Part shown: in pieces, positions 22,477 through 33,840 of the stretch
Layout of the letters: each line of letters begins with the position of its first letter
Numbering within the stretch: position 1 is the stretch's first letter
NCBI RefSeq assembly: GCF_006345805.1
Contig: NW_021835734.1
Coordinates: forward strand, 1 to 38,885
Reading direction: 5' to 3'
Origin: Octopus sinensis
Lineage: Eukaryota
DNA length: 38,885 nt
Translations under genes and position numbers: made by a program
The notes under the pieces: model-generated
What the model was told of the DNA's origin: nothing
Database searches by the model: none
The model's input: the letters and a program-made list of their open reading frames with translations, nothing else

Positions 22477-23334
22477 ATATGTATGTGTATGTCAAGTCAC
22501 TGGTTCTTGAGCACTACTGATAACATGTAACCCAGCCCAACTATTGCCTGGAGAGGTCATCGGTGACAAAACTGGCAACCATACCAAGCAAGCTCAGTGG
22601 GGAGGGTGACAGGTGGACACCCTGTGGGATGAAAAACAAAACTCATCAAAGGGCAGAGGAACTCTTGAGAGTCAATGGCCATCCAACATTGAGATGATAC
22701 TCTAATGTAACAGCCACTAGAATTGGTGAGCCAGACATCTAGCCTTGGCCTATCTTTGGAGGCACTTAGCACTACTTGGGAGAGTGGTACAATGCAGTGC
22801 CAAGTTGCACAGGACTTTCTAACATCATTGTTAACAGTCCCTGCTCTGTTCATTGCTATGGTTTATTGTCCATTTATGGCCTTTAGTAATTTTATCCTAA
22901 ATTATACAAGATAATGTCTTTTTGCATATTAGTTGTGTGTTGTTAGTTTAGTGCCAATGTATATGAACTCTGTCAGTGTTGGTGTTGAAGAGTCATATTT
23001 GATTAACAAGTTGACAGCCACTGATGTATGAGCGCTCGTGCATGTGTGCTTGCATGTGACTATGTATGTATACAGAGGCAAGCACATATATTTGTAGACC
23101 AAAATATAGAATTAGTGAAAATACACATAGACTTTGATATTAGTCCATACACACACACACACACACTATATACATGCACATACAGTGTTACAAAAATTTT
23201 AATCAAACAAACTCTGTGGCTGGCACCAAAAGGTCACATAAAGGAAGTTAAAGAGGGTAAATGTCAGAGACACTGAGAAGGGGGAATAAAACATTTGAAA
23301 GTATGTTAGACCAGCATAATAGTAATTGTAGTTG

Positions 23335-23565
23335 TTGTTGTTGTTGTTGTTGTTGTTAAATTGCTAGAGCAGACCTAAGGCCCAAAATCTTTTCAGCAAC
23401 AACCATTCCATTTTTTTTTTAATCTTTTATGTACACTGCATCTAAGATTACAAGATCCAAAGAGAGTCTTTTTTTCTTTTCTGAAGATGGTAGGATGTGA
23501 TTTGGGGGAGATTTGGTTGTTCTATCTAGCAGGTAATGCAACCATATAACAGGGTTCCTTGCTAG
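23335..23565 (-). mobile_element. (CAA)n-tailed short repeat copy
   Basis: Reverse complement of the 20385-20585 family. Confidence 0.55.
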
Positions 23566-24298
23566 CTTATACAGTTATCTGATGGTGCTGTGAGTGAAAT
23601 TGCAAAATCAAAATTATAAAGAAACCCATTGTGTTTATAAACAGGCATACCTGAACTTCCATCATTTCCAGTTATTTTACATCATTTTCTTGAAGAAATT
23701 AATGAGAAAAATAAATCTCAACTTCAGCTGATTAGTCTTAGCTAACATATTTAAAGCATAAAAATTTAAAAGAACAAATGCCTTAAAACCAATACTGAAA
23801 TAGAAAATCAAAATACATGTGAAAATACGTACAAACTATTTATGAAAACACAGATAAAAGCTAATGAAAGTTTTAAAAGTATTTTTCCATTTTACATCAT
23901 TTTTCGAGTTTAGTTAGAAGCCTTGGAACCAATTATAGTCGGTGCATTTTTGCAATACAAGTAGAATCTTTGACTGATTTGCCAGCCTGTGTTATCACAT
24001 ATCAATCCTTGATAAGTGTAATATGGTTCACAAATGAGCATACCATGTTATCCAAGACTAGTGATGAATGAATCAAGTAATAAGAGAGACAACATGTACT
24101 GAAAAGCTTTGACTACTTCAAACACAGTTAAACAATATGTTGAGATTTTGATTTGCATACTACTTGGCCAACAAATTACCTGCACTCAGTTCCTTGACTT
24201 TTTGTTGTTTTCTTTGAGTGCATTAATGGAACAATCAAATGAGATCATTAGGTGAGAAGAGAATGGTCAGAAAGAAGGCATTTTGATGCTGGAAAGTA

Positions 24299-24864
24299 TT
24301 GGGTTGTTCGGGAAGTTCATGCTGATTTATAGTAGCTTACCTTTTAACTTATTTTAGAACATGGTTGAGTCCATAAAATAAGATTTGACTACACCTCCAT
24401 TTAGAGCACAGTTTAAGCTATCTTTTCGTGGAATAAGGTTTATGTTCCTATAACCTGTGTTAATTTTGTAACCCTTTTAAATGGAAGATAAGAAAGTTCA
24501 TTTTTGGCACTTGATGCTTTGGGAACCAGACAAAAATTGCTGCAGCTTGGCTGGAATGAGTTACCCCACCCTCCATATTCATCAGATATTGCTCCTTCGG
24601 ATTTCCACTTATTCAGGTCTCTGCAGAATAGTCTTAATGGTAAAAATTTCAATTCCTTGGATGACGTAAAAAGATACTTTGATGAATTCTTTGCCATGAA
24701 ACCACCTCAATTCTGGGAAGAGGCTATTTTCAAGTTAAAGGAAAGATGGAGACACATTGTGCAACAAAATGGTTCATATCTGGTTGATTAAAAATGTAAT
24801 GGCAAGTATTTATTGTCCATTTTCTTTCCTTTAAAAATCGGCACAAACTTTCCGGACAACCCAA
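24299..24864 (+). mobile_element. Internally deleted mariner (DD34D) element with TIRs and TA TSD
   Basis: TIRs TTGGGTTGTTCGGGAAGTTCATGCTGATTT / AAATCGGCACAAACTTTCCGGACAACCCAA, with TA on both flanks. The MEDKKVHF N-terminus is fused to PHPPYSSDIAPSDFHLFRSLQ...GSY. Confidence 0.92.
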
Positions 24865-25009
24865 TACATCATAAACAACCCATACCTAATAAGACCAGAA
24901 AATGTCTCACTCTTAAGCACTTCACAGTTTAATGAAACCATTTGTTTAAGTTTTACATAAGGGAAATGACTTTTAAATATTTATCAATGTGGAAAATTTT
25001 TAGCTCTAA

Positions 25010-25380
25010 GTCAAGTGAGATTGAAGGCAAGAATCTTTAATGGACTTAATCTACGATAAGTCCATTAAAGATGAAATATTGCTTTATTTAAATATGTTGA
25101 CAAAATTCTAAAGAAGCATTCAAAAAAGTTGGGAAAAATGATTTGGGCAATAATAAATCTGAAACCTATGAAGATCTGGTGAACAAGTTAAATTTGTCCT
25201 CACAGGAACTTACAGGAGTATTAGAGTGCATTTCTTCCACTGCCATTTTCCTAACAGCTCCTATCTTCACTGATAATAGTGAAGAGCCTGCAAAATTCCT
25301 CCACCAGGATATAAAAATGATGGGAAAAAACAATGGAAATCAAATGTAATGAGAGACTCTTGTCAGTATCTAATAAGAAA
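25010..25380 (+). mobile_element. Decayed DNA transposase relic, probably CMC/Chapaev3-like
   Basis: Frameshifted IFNG..R..IKDE, AFK.V...LGNNKSETYEDLV and SEE....HQDIKMM resemble the G(P)QIR / LGN.K..NY / SDEHGERFHQDI family. The family assignment is from memory. Confidence 0.55.
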
Positions 25381-25865
25381 AGTAAACAGAAACCAACATG
25401 TTCGACAATCTAGAAGAAAGCTACTTCCTTAAACCATTAGCATTTAAACCAGCAGTATCTGGCCCCAAATATTCTATCCATTCAAGCTGACTAGATCCAG
25501 CCTCTCCCACCTACCCTACACTGTCATTCCAAAATTAAACAGTCATATCATCAAAATCTCAAAGATACAAGACAATGCATGATTAATTTAAAACAATTTG
25601 AATAAGCATTGCATTTTACAGAATAATATAAATACTAAAGAGTTAGAAAGTCAAACCAGCATCGCTTTTAGGCATCTTCTACATCTTCAGCTGCTAAATT
25701 AATATGAAACATGCAATTCTTTTGCTTACATGATGCATTTCTTTTCACAATACAGTGTTGTTTACTGTTACATGTGTCATTTCAGTAATATATTGGTGTA
25801 TTTTACTATCATTCCATGGTTTGATAGTGCGAAAAAGACTATTTTTGTGTCATAAACTATCCAAA

Positions 25866-25995
25866 TAGGTGCAGGTGTGGCTGTGTGGTAAGAAGTTCGT
25901 TTCCCAACTGCATGGTTTCAGGTTCAGTCCCACTGTGAGGCACTTTCGTTAAATGTTTCCTACTATAGCTTCAGGCTGATCAAAGACTTGTGATC
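25866..25995 (+). mobile_element. tRNA-derived SINE head
   Basis: GGTGCAGGTGTGGCTGTGTGGTAAG...GGTTCAGTCCCACTG. Confidence 0.75.
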
Positions 25996-26329
25996 ACACA
26001 AACATAGGGGTTAAATTTCATAAACATAAACCCTATCCTACAACGTCATTCACATTTTTCTTTTATGCATTTTTCTTCACTCTGATGAAGCTCCATGTTC
26101 CAGACCTGAGTATTACCAAATATGATATTATTTTCAGAATTTTCAATGGCAATACCATAGGACATTGGAAGCAGAAACAGCTGTTAGATTGGATACAATC
26201 TATTTGTATTGAATTAAAAAATAATAATTGACGTAAGTCAATTGTTGTTGATCAATATTTCTCCATTATCTGTTTATTATATATATATATATACACACAC
26301 ATACATACATACATGTGTGTATGTATGTA

Positions 26330-28114
26330 TCTATAGCTATAAAACTCAAAATGTGTGTGTGTGTGTGCGTTTTATGTGGTTTCCCATTTTTTCATCCAAT
26401 TTTGATGAAATTTTTTTATTAAATGGCAAATTTACCCAGGCAGGTCACTGCCACATTACAGATGCCAAGAGATACCTGCTTCTAAGAGAAAAATTGATAA
26501 AACTGGAGTCCCCCCCCCCCACACACACACACTTGTTGCAAAGAAAAGCAAAAGTTGCACGTGAGAAAAGTTTTTACAGGAACGATTTTTTGATTTTTTT
26601 CGCATTTTTGCAAAGTTACACAGTAGAAAGCTTTCTACTGAAAAGTGTAACAGTGGTGCCATCAAGTATCTTTTTTATGTCCAAAGGCATCCCTGTGCAA
26701 CAAAAAACACGAAAAACTGAAAAAACAAAAAGATTTTTATACACTTTTTTCCCTTTTAATTCTTCAAAAACTTCTCACTGCTTCGGTGGATTGCGTTCAA
26801 ACTTTACACCCTATTTACTCATCCTAAGCATAACATTAGGAGATGCCAATTTGCACAGAATTCATTCGCATATGACCAACAATTGCAAAAAAAACTGAGT
26901 AGAAAATCAGTTTTTTGCCCCGAAATCCCTCATTTTTGGCTGAACATGAGGGCCCAGCTTTTTAGCAACAACTTATCAGGTGACTTCTCCAAGCAACTTC
27001 TCACCGCTGGTGATGGCACGCTCCCTCCGATGCAGCTAGAGAGATGGCTGTCTCACACATAGGTACACCTGTGGACACTGTGGATGGCCTTACGACCGCT
27101 GTTTTTCCCAATCTATAAACTACCAAAACCTTTATTGGCTGTGCAAAAGGGCCATATCAGCTCCCCAAAAATATATTTGTTGCGAAACTCAATGAAGACC
27201 TACTGCAAAGCCTTCCTGGAAACCTTCACATCTACAAGTTTGTGGACACTGTTGAGGACCAAGAAGAGGCCGTTAATTTTCCCACAGAATTCTTCAATTC
27301 CTTGGACCCCTCTGGACTTACCGCCTCATCAATTGCACCTCACAACTGGAGCTAAGGAACCTGGAGCCACTATGTCTGTGCAACGGAACGCAGTTAGTGG
27401 TAAAAAATGTGCTGCTTCATGTTATTGAAGCACCAATTCTTATGGGTTGTGGCATCGGAGACGTCTCTATACCTAGGATACCTCTTACTCCATCAGATAA
27501 GCAATGACCCTGTCCCTTACGTTGACTTCAGTTCCTTCTTTGATTTTGCTTTGCCATGTCCATCAACAAGTCCTAAGGCCAAACACTAACAACGACTGGC
27601 CTCCATTTAAGTCAACCATGCTTCTCGTATGGCCAATTATACGTCGGATGCCACAGCTTCCCTGCCAAACCAATTTATGGTGAGTACAATTGTTACCATT
27701 CTTTCAAAATTATCTGTTTTTCTTAAGTCTTTTTTTATTTTGACCACTACGGCTTCTCATTCTCCTTGCAGATGGCTTAAGTTTCGAAATTCCTGCACCC
27801 ACTGTTTTTCATGTGAATGGAAAAGGACGTTTATACCTGTGAACAGTTAACAATCTTTCCAGGGCTATTGTAAGAATGATAACATGGCCCTTTTCAGGGC
27901 CTCTTTCCATTCAATTGCTGCACCCCCTACAATGCTCTTGTGGCTTCTCCAAAGCTTTTCACCTTGTTGTTACTAATTTATTTATGGTCTATGGGAAAAA
28001 TCACTTCTTCCTCAAGTGCAACTCAACGCAAAAAATATTCAAAGAGGTGTACAACGTAAAAAATGGTAGAACCTATTAAGACCATAACCAAGCAAAGCTG
28101 GGTTCTCCTACTAG
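26330..28114 (+). mobile_element. Internally deleted Helitron with PIF1-type helicase remnant
   Basis: A|TC start, CTAG|T end and hairpin ACCAAGCAAAGCTGGGT at about 28087-28103. Helicase motifs FPTEFFNSLDPSG, CNGTQL, IPRIPL, FAMSINKS*GQT and FSYGQLYV occur at 27100-27650. Confidence 0.85.
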
Positions 28115-28130
28115 TATATTATATATATAT

Positions 28131-28960
28131 AAGGTGGTATCAAAAAGTTCTTGAACAAGTACTGTAGCATGCCAACAGATGGCAGCACATGACTGCATGC
28201 AAAGTGAGAGTTAGCAGTGACCATCCTTCATGAGACAATGTGCCAAGTGACATCACTATGTTTACTTCGCAAGTTGTGAAATTTGTGTTTTTGTGATTAC
28301 ATGTACGCTGTAGTCTGCGATTTTGTCATAGACAAGAAGAGCCAATGTGAAATTTTGTGATAAATTTGGGAAGTCTGCTACAAAGGCATTGAGCATGCTT
28401 CTGCAGGCTTATGACAAACAAGGCAATCGGTCAATGTTTCAAGTGACACAGGTGCTTCAAAAGTGGAAGAACAACCCTGGAAGATGATGAGCGATCAGGA
28501 ATACCTGCCACAAGTGTCACCCCTGGAAATGTTGTACTGTGCATCAAGAATTTGTCTCTCAGGGCTAGACTGCCAATCGAGAGTTCTACTGCAAATGTTT
28601 CTAATTGTTTGGGGGAGGACATTCAGTAAAAGCAAGAGGAACGCAAAGAATTGGATTCTTCGCAATGACAATGCACTCTGTCATTGTGCTCTCCTTACAC
28701 CTGAGTTTCTTGCCAAAAACAACATGCGGCTTACAGGTCGTCATTTTGACACCAATGTAAAGATCAAGAGCAAATTGTAGGAGGTCCTCAACTCACAGAA
28801 AATAACTTCCAAGCCAGATTCCAAAAGTGGTAGGAATGCTGTGACAGGTGTACTGCTGCACAAGGTACCTATTTCAAAGGAGATAATGTTAAAACTTAGG
28901 TAAATAAGTTATTTTTTTTATAAAACATAACAATCCCTGGAACTTTTTAATACCACCTCG
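28131..28960 (+). mobile_element. Internally deleted mariner-like element with TIRs
   Basis: AGGTGGTATCAAAAAGTTC / GAACTTTTTAATACCACCT TIRs. Frameshifted RANVKFC..GKSA, EDDERSG and WILRNDNA motifs. Confidence 0.85.
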
Positions 28961-28976
28961 TGTGTGTGAGTGTGTG

Positions 28977-29053
<77 letters not shown>

Positions 29054-29075
29054 GGCAGCCTCTCTATAATTTTAT

Positions 29076-29242
29076 AGGCGCAGGAGTGGCTGTGTGGTAA
29101 GTAGCTTACTTACGAACCACATGGTTCCAGGTTCAGTCCCACTGCGTGGCACCTTGGGCAACTGTCTTCTACTATAGCCTCGGACTGACCAAAGCCTTGT
29201 GAATGGATTTGGTCGATGGAAACTGAAAGAAGCTTGTTGTAT

Positions 29243-29291
<49 letters not shown>

Positions 29292-29500
29292 GTGTATATG
29301 TTTGTGTGTCTGTGTTTGCCCCACCAACATCACTTGACAACCGATGCTGGTGTGTTTATGTCCCCGTAACTTAGCAGTTCGGCATAAGAGACCGATACAA
29401 TAAGTACCAGGCTTACAAAAAACAAGTCCTGGGATCACTTTGCTCGACTAAAGGCGATGCTCCAGCATGGCCGCAATCAAATGACAAACAAGCAAAACAA
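29076..29500 (+). mobile_element. Full-length tRNA-derived SINE with internal (TG)/(TA) array
   Basis: A and B boxes, body and the 3' end GGCGATGCTCCAGCATGGCCGCAATC. Confidence 0.9.
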
Positions 29501-29520
29501 TATTTATATATATATATAAA

Positions 29521-29576
<56 letters not shown>

Positions 29577-29670
29577 TATACATATATAGACATATACATA
29601 TACATATATATATATATACATATATACATATACACACATATATATATATATTTACACACACACACAAACA
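29501..29670. repeat. (TA)n/(TACA)n array
   Basis: Directly visible. Confidence 0.95.
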
Positions 29671-29814
29671 AGTGAGTGAAGAAATGAAAGGAAAAAAAAA
29701 CACTGCACACATTTAGTAGGAGTTACATAGATTCAGTAATTTGAGCCTGAATGAGTTAGATTTCTCTTAAGAAGCTGTGAAACTTTAAGTCACATGGAGC
29801 TGAATCAAACTGTT

Positions 29815-30045
29815 TTAAATAATAATAATAATAATCCTTTCTACTAAAGGCACAAGGCCTAAAAATTTGGAGGCAGGTATTAGTCGATTACATTGACCCT
29901 AGTGTTTCACTGGTACTTAATTTATCAACTCTGAAAGGATGGAAAGCAAAGTTGACATCAGCGGAATTTGAACTCAGATTGTGCTGACAGACGAAATGCT
30001 AAGCATTTTGCCCAATGTGCTAATGACTCTGCCAGCTCACCAATA
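29815..30045 (-). mobile_element. tRNA-derived SINE with Nin/Deu-like domain and (TTA)n tail
   Basis: Minus strand reads GAGCTGGCAGAGTC...GAGTTCAAATTCC...TTTCCATCCTTTCAGAGTTGATAAATTAAGTACCAG. Confidence 0.75.
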
Positions 30046-30165
30046 ACAATGATTCCAAATTTTGCCACAAGGGCAGCCATTTTGGAGGAGGGGATGAGTC
30101 TATTACGTTGACCCCAGTGTTCAACTGGTACTTATTTTATTGACCCTGAAAGGATGAAAGGCAAA
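30046..30165 (-). mobile_element. 3' half of a second Nin-like SINE
   Basis: TTTGCCTTTCATCCTTTCAGGGTCAATAAAATAAGTACCAG on the minus strand. Confidence 0.7.
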
Positions 30166-30174
30166 ATAATAATA

Positions 30175-30400
30175 CTCTTTACTCTTTTATTTGTTTCAGT
30201 CATTTGACTGTGGCCAAGCTGGAGCACCACCTTTAGTCAAGCAAATCAATCCCAGGACTTATTCTTTGTACACCTAGTACTTATTCTATCAGTCTCTTTT
30301 GCCAAACTGCTAAGTTACGGGGACGTAAACACACCAGCATTGGTTGTCAAGCGATGTTGGGGGGACAAACAGACACACAAACATATATACACACACACAC

Positions 30401-30431
<31 letters not shown>

Positions 30432-30602
30432 TATATACAGCGAGCTTCTTTCAGTTTCCGTCTACCAAATCCACTCACAAGGCTTTGGTTGGCCTGAGGC
30501 TATAGTAGAAGACACTTGCCCAATGTGCCATACAGTGGGAATGAACCTGGAATCATGTCGTTGGTAAGCAAGCTACTTACCACACAGCCACTCCTGCGCC
30601 TA
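30175..30602 (-). mobile_element. Full-length tRNA-derived SINE, (AAAAGAGT)n tail
   Basis: Reverse complement of the 29076-29500 family. Confidence 0.9.
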
Positions 30603-30644
30603 TAATAATAATAATAATAATCAAGGGTTAGAGTAAATGTAGCA

Positions 30645-32058
30645 AAGACCAAAGTTATAGTGAGCAGAAAGGCGAACTCAGCATGCACCCACCTTGGGCA
30701 GGTGGCCCTGCTCGATCTGTAGGAAAGGTGTAGGTAGAAACTCCATAAGATGCACCCAATGTAAGCTATGGATGCATAAGAGGTGCAGCAACATTAAAGG
30801 GAAATTAACAGATAAGATAGCTTTCATGTGCGGCAGATGCACAGGGGCAATAGACACCACAGACACTCAGAAAACAGATTCCATCACACTCCAGGGAGAG
30901 AAACTAGAAGTAGTTGATAGTTTCCGCTACCTGGGTGACCAAGTTAGTAGTGGAGGTGGATGCTGAGAGAGTGTCACCACTAGAATACAAACAGCCTGGG
31001 CAAGGTTTAGAAAGCTCCTACCCCTACTGGCGACAAAGGGTCTCTCACTCAGAGTGAAAGGTAGATTGTATGATGCATATGTGCAAACTGCCATGCTTCA
31101 CGGTGGTGGAACATGGGCTGTGACTGCAGAGGACATGCATAGACTTGAAAGGAATGAAGCTAGCATGATCCACTGGATGTGTAATGTCAGTGTGAACGCA
31201 CGACAGAGTGTAAGCACCCTGAGAGAAATGCTGGACATAAGAAGCATCAGATGTGGTGTGCAAGAGTGACGCTTGCGATGGTATGGTATGGTCATGTACT
31301 GCGGATGGATGAGGAGAGATGTGTGAAGAAGTGCCGCTCCCAAACAGTTGAAGGTATCAGGGGGACAGGAAGACATGGGATGAGGTAGTCAAGCATGACC
31401 TCAGAGCGTTGGACCTCACAGAGGCAATGACAAAGACTGTGATCTCTGGGGATATGCTGTGACTGCAAAGACCCGGGATGCTTCCTGCACCAGCCCTGCA
31501 TAGCCCCTGCCCATTCAAAGTACCTTGGATACCAGAACATCCCGCTGTGCTTGAGGAGACCTATTGAGTCAAGTACATGAACATTGAAATAAATATCAAT
31601 GGAAATAGTAGTTGTGATACCTGTGCCGGTGGCACATAAAAAGCACCATCCGAACATGGCCAATGCCAGCGCTGCCTCGACTGGCTTCTGTCCCGGTGGC
31701 ACATAACGTGGCCGATGCCAGCGCCACCTCGACTGGCTTCTGTGCCGGTGGTACATAAAAAGCACCATCCGAACGTGGCCGATACCAGCGCCGCCTTGAC
31801 TGGCTTCCATGCCGGTGGCACGTTAAAAGCACCAACCGATCGTGGCCAATGCCAGACTCCCCTGGCACCTGTGTCGGTGGCACGTAAAAAGCGCCCACTA
31901 CACTCGTGGAGTGGTTGGCGTTAGGAAGGGCATCCAGCTGTAGAAACACTGCCAGATCAGACTGGAGCCTGGTGCAGCCCCTGGCTTCCCAGACCCCGGT
32001 CGAACCGTCCAACCCATGCTAGTGCGGAAAACGGACGTTAAACGATGATGATGATGAT
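30645..32058 (+). mobile_element. RTE LINE copy 2, 5'-truncated just upstream of the PHD finger
   Basis: GRWPCSICRKG..C..C.LW.HKRC..C..C, FRYLG, stops and frameshifts, tandem-repeat UTR (31623-31895) and (GAT)n tail. Confidence 0.92.
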
Positions 32059-32159
32059 ATGTATGCATACATTCTCTCACTAAAAGTGGACTCTATTTGA
32101 AGAGGATAATGTAAAAGTAAAGGCGTGCAAATTATATCTGGAATGGTTTTCTAGTAATA

Positions 32160-32280
32160 AAAGTTACCATATACATTTCCTTAAGTTATTTATGTATATA
32201 GTCGCCCATCTACAATTACCATTTGTATACAATTTTCACTGGGCTAAAAGTGAACAGAAATCTTCATCAGCATTACTATA
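32160..32280 (-). mobile_element. Penelope-like tail relic with degenerate hammerhead core
   Basis: Shares AAAGTTACCA..CATTTCCTTAAGTTA with 33137. The minus strand has CUGAUGAAG...GAAA at 32225-32275. Confidence 0.4.
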
Positions 32281-32627
32281 TGACCTAATTCTGGTAAAAG
32301 GCGGCTATACTGCATGGATGACTGAATGAGGAAATTTTATATGCGAGTTGGAAATCAAGTTAAACTACAAAACACAACACAAGATGCCAACAAAGCAGCA
32401 TATTGAACGCACAACTGATACTAAAACAGAGCCTGTACATGGTTATTTGTCTTGCTAAAAATAGCAGCCAAATCTCCTTCAACCCACACACACACAACTA
32501 TCTTAAATTAAGCATTCACTGGATGGTGTAGTGAAGAGTGCATACACTACGTCTGTCGAAAAAAGAAAACAGAAATGGTCATAGCTGGAACACTTCAATC
32601 ATAAGTCAGCTCAATCACAACTAAACT

Positions 32628-32985
32628 TTATTCTTCTACTTGTTTCAGTCATTAGATTGTGGCCATGCTGGAGTGCAGGCTTGAAGGGTTTTAGTCAAAC
32701 AAATCGACTTTTTTTAAAGCTTAGTACTTATTCCATCGGTTTCTTTTACCGAAACGCTTGACAATGGGGACATAAGCACACCAACACCAGTCGTCAAGCA
32801 GTGAGGAGGGGACAAATACAAATACACACATATATATATGTATATATACAACAGGCTTATTTCAGTTTCCAGCTACCAAATCCACTCACAAGGCTTTGGT
32901 TAGCCCAAAGCTATAGTAGAAGACACTTGCCCAAGGTGCCATACAGCAAGACTGAACCCGGAACCATGCAGTTGGGGAGTAAGCT
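32628..32985 (-). mobile_element. tRNA-derived SINE copy
   Basis: Reverse complement of the 29076 family; 5' end truncated. Confidence 0.8.
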
Positions 32986-33129
32986 TCGGTTTTCCATATA
33001 TAACAGTTAGCAGCATCATATTAATGGAGAGGAACATCAATAATAGTTCTTCTGGGTAACGCTTTTTCCATTTTGTCCACTGGGACCATAAGGCAGTCTG
33101 AATTACAAGAAATTATACATTCCACTCCT

Positions 33130-33270
33130 TAATATAAAGTTACCACACCCATTTCCTTAAGTTAGGAAAATATTGGTATAAGGATTAATATTATTTTAAT
33201 CTGATCTTAGCAAGTATCATAGACAACTGTGGACATGTTTCAGTTTTATTACACCTCCTCAGTGCAGTAT
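33130..33270 (-). mobile_element. Penelope-like tail relic with hammerhead-like motif (33227-33267)
   Basis: Minus strand reads CUGCA-CUGAGGA-GGUGUAAUAAAACU-GAAA-CAU-GUC-CACAG. Confidence 0.5.
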
Positions 33271-33314
33271 AATCTTCTCTGTATTTACCACATTATAACA
33301 AAATTTTTCTATTG

Positions 33315-33840
33315 GCTGTCAAACCAGGTGAAATCTTAGTCATAGCCAATGCCAGTGTCGCATAGCTGGCACATAAAAAGCACCCTTCGAACGTTGGGTT
33401 ATATGCCGTGCTTGAGAAGACCTGTCAAGTCAGGTGAAAATGTAGTCATAGCAGATGCTATTGTCGCATAACTGGCACCTGTGCCAGTGGGATGTAAAAA
33501 GCAATGTTTCAAACATTGGGCCTCACAGAAGCAGTGAGAAATGACCGAGACCTCTGGCAATATACTGCGCTGAGATTGTAGTCATGGCCAATGCCGGTGT
33601 TGCGTAACTGGCACTTCTGTCAGTGGCACATAAAAAGCACCCTCTGGCCCCTGACCCTGTGGCACATAAGAAGCACCCACTACACTCACGGAGTGGTTGG
33701 CATTAGGAAGGGCATCCAGCTGTAGAAACACTGCCAGAACAGACTGGAGCCTGGTGCAGCTTCCTGGCTTCCCAGACTCCTGTTGAACCATCTAACCCAT
33801 GCCAGCATGAAAAACAGACGTTAAATGATGATGATGATGA
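33315..33840 (+). mobile_element. 3' fragment of a divergent RTE subfamily
   Basis: Tandem units with TAAAAAGCA, ORF-end codons (QTLGLTEA...DRDLWQY), the standard RTE terminus and (GAT)n. Confidence 0.8.

Noticed and set aside
22500-22900. GC-richer block with ORFs 22557-22853(-) and 22723-22914(+)
   Set aside because: No recognisable motifs; probably an old unclassified repeat.
26242-26898. 218-aa ORF
   Set aside because: It spans a microsatellite and AT-rich Helitron 5' non-coding sequence, and has no protein-like motifs.
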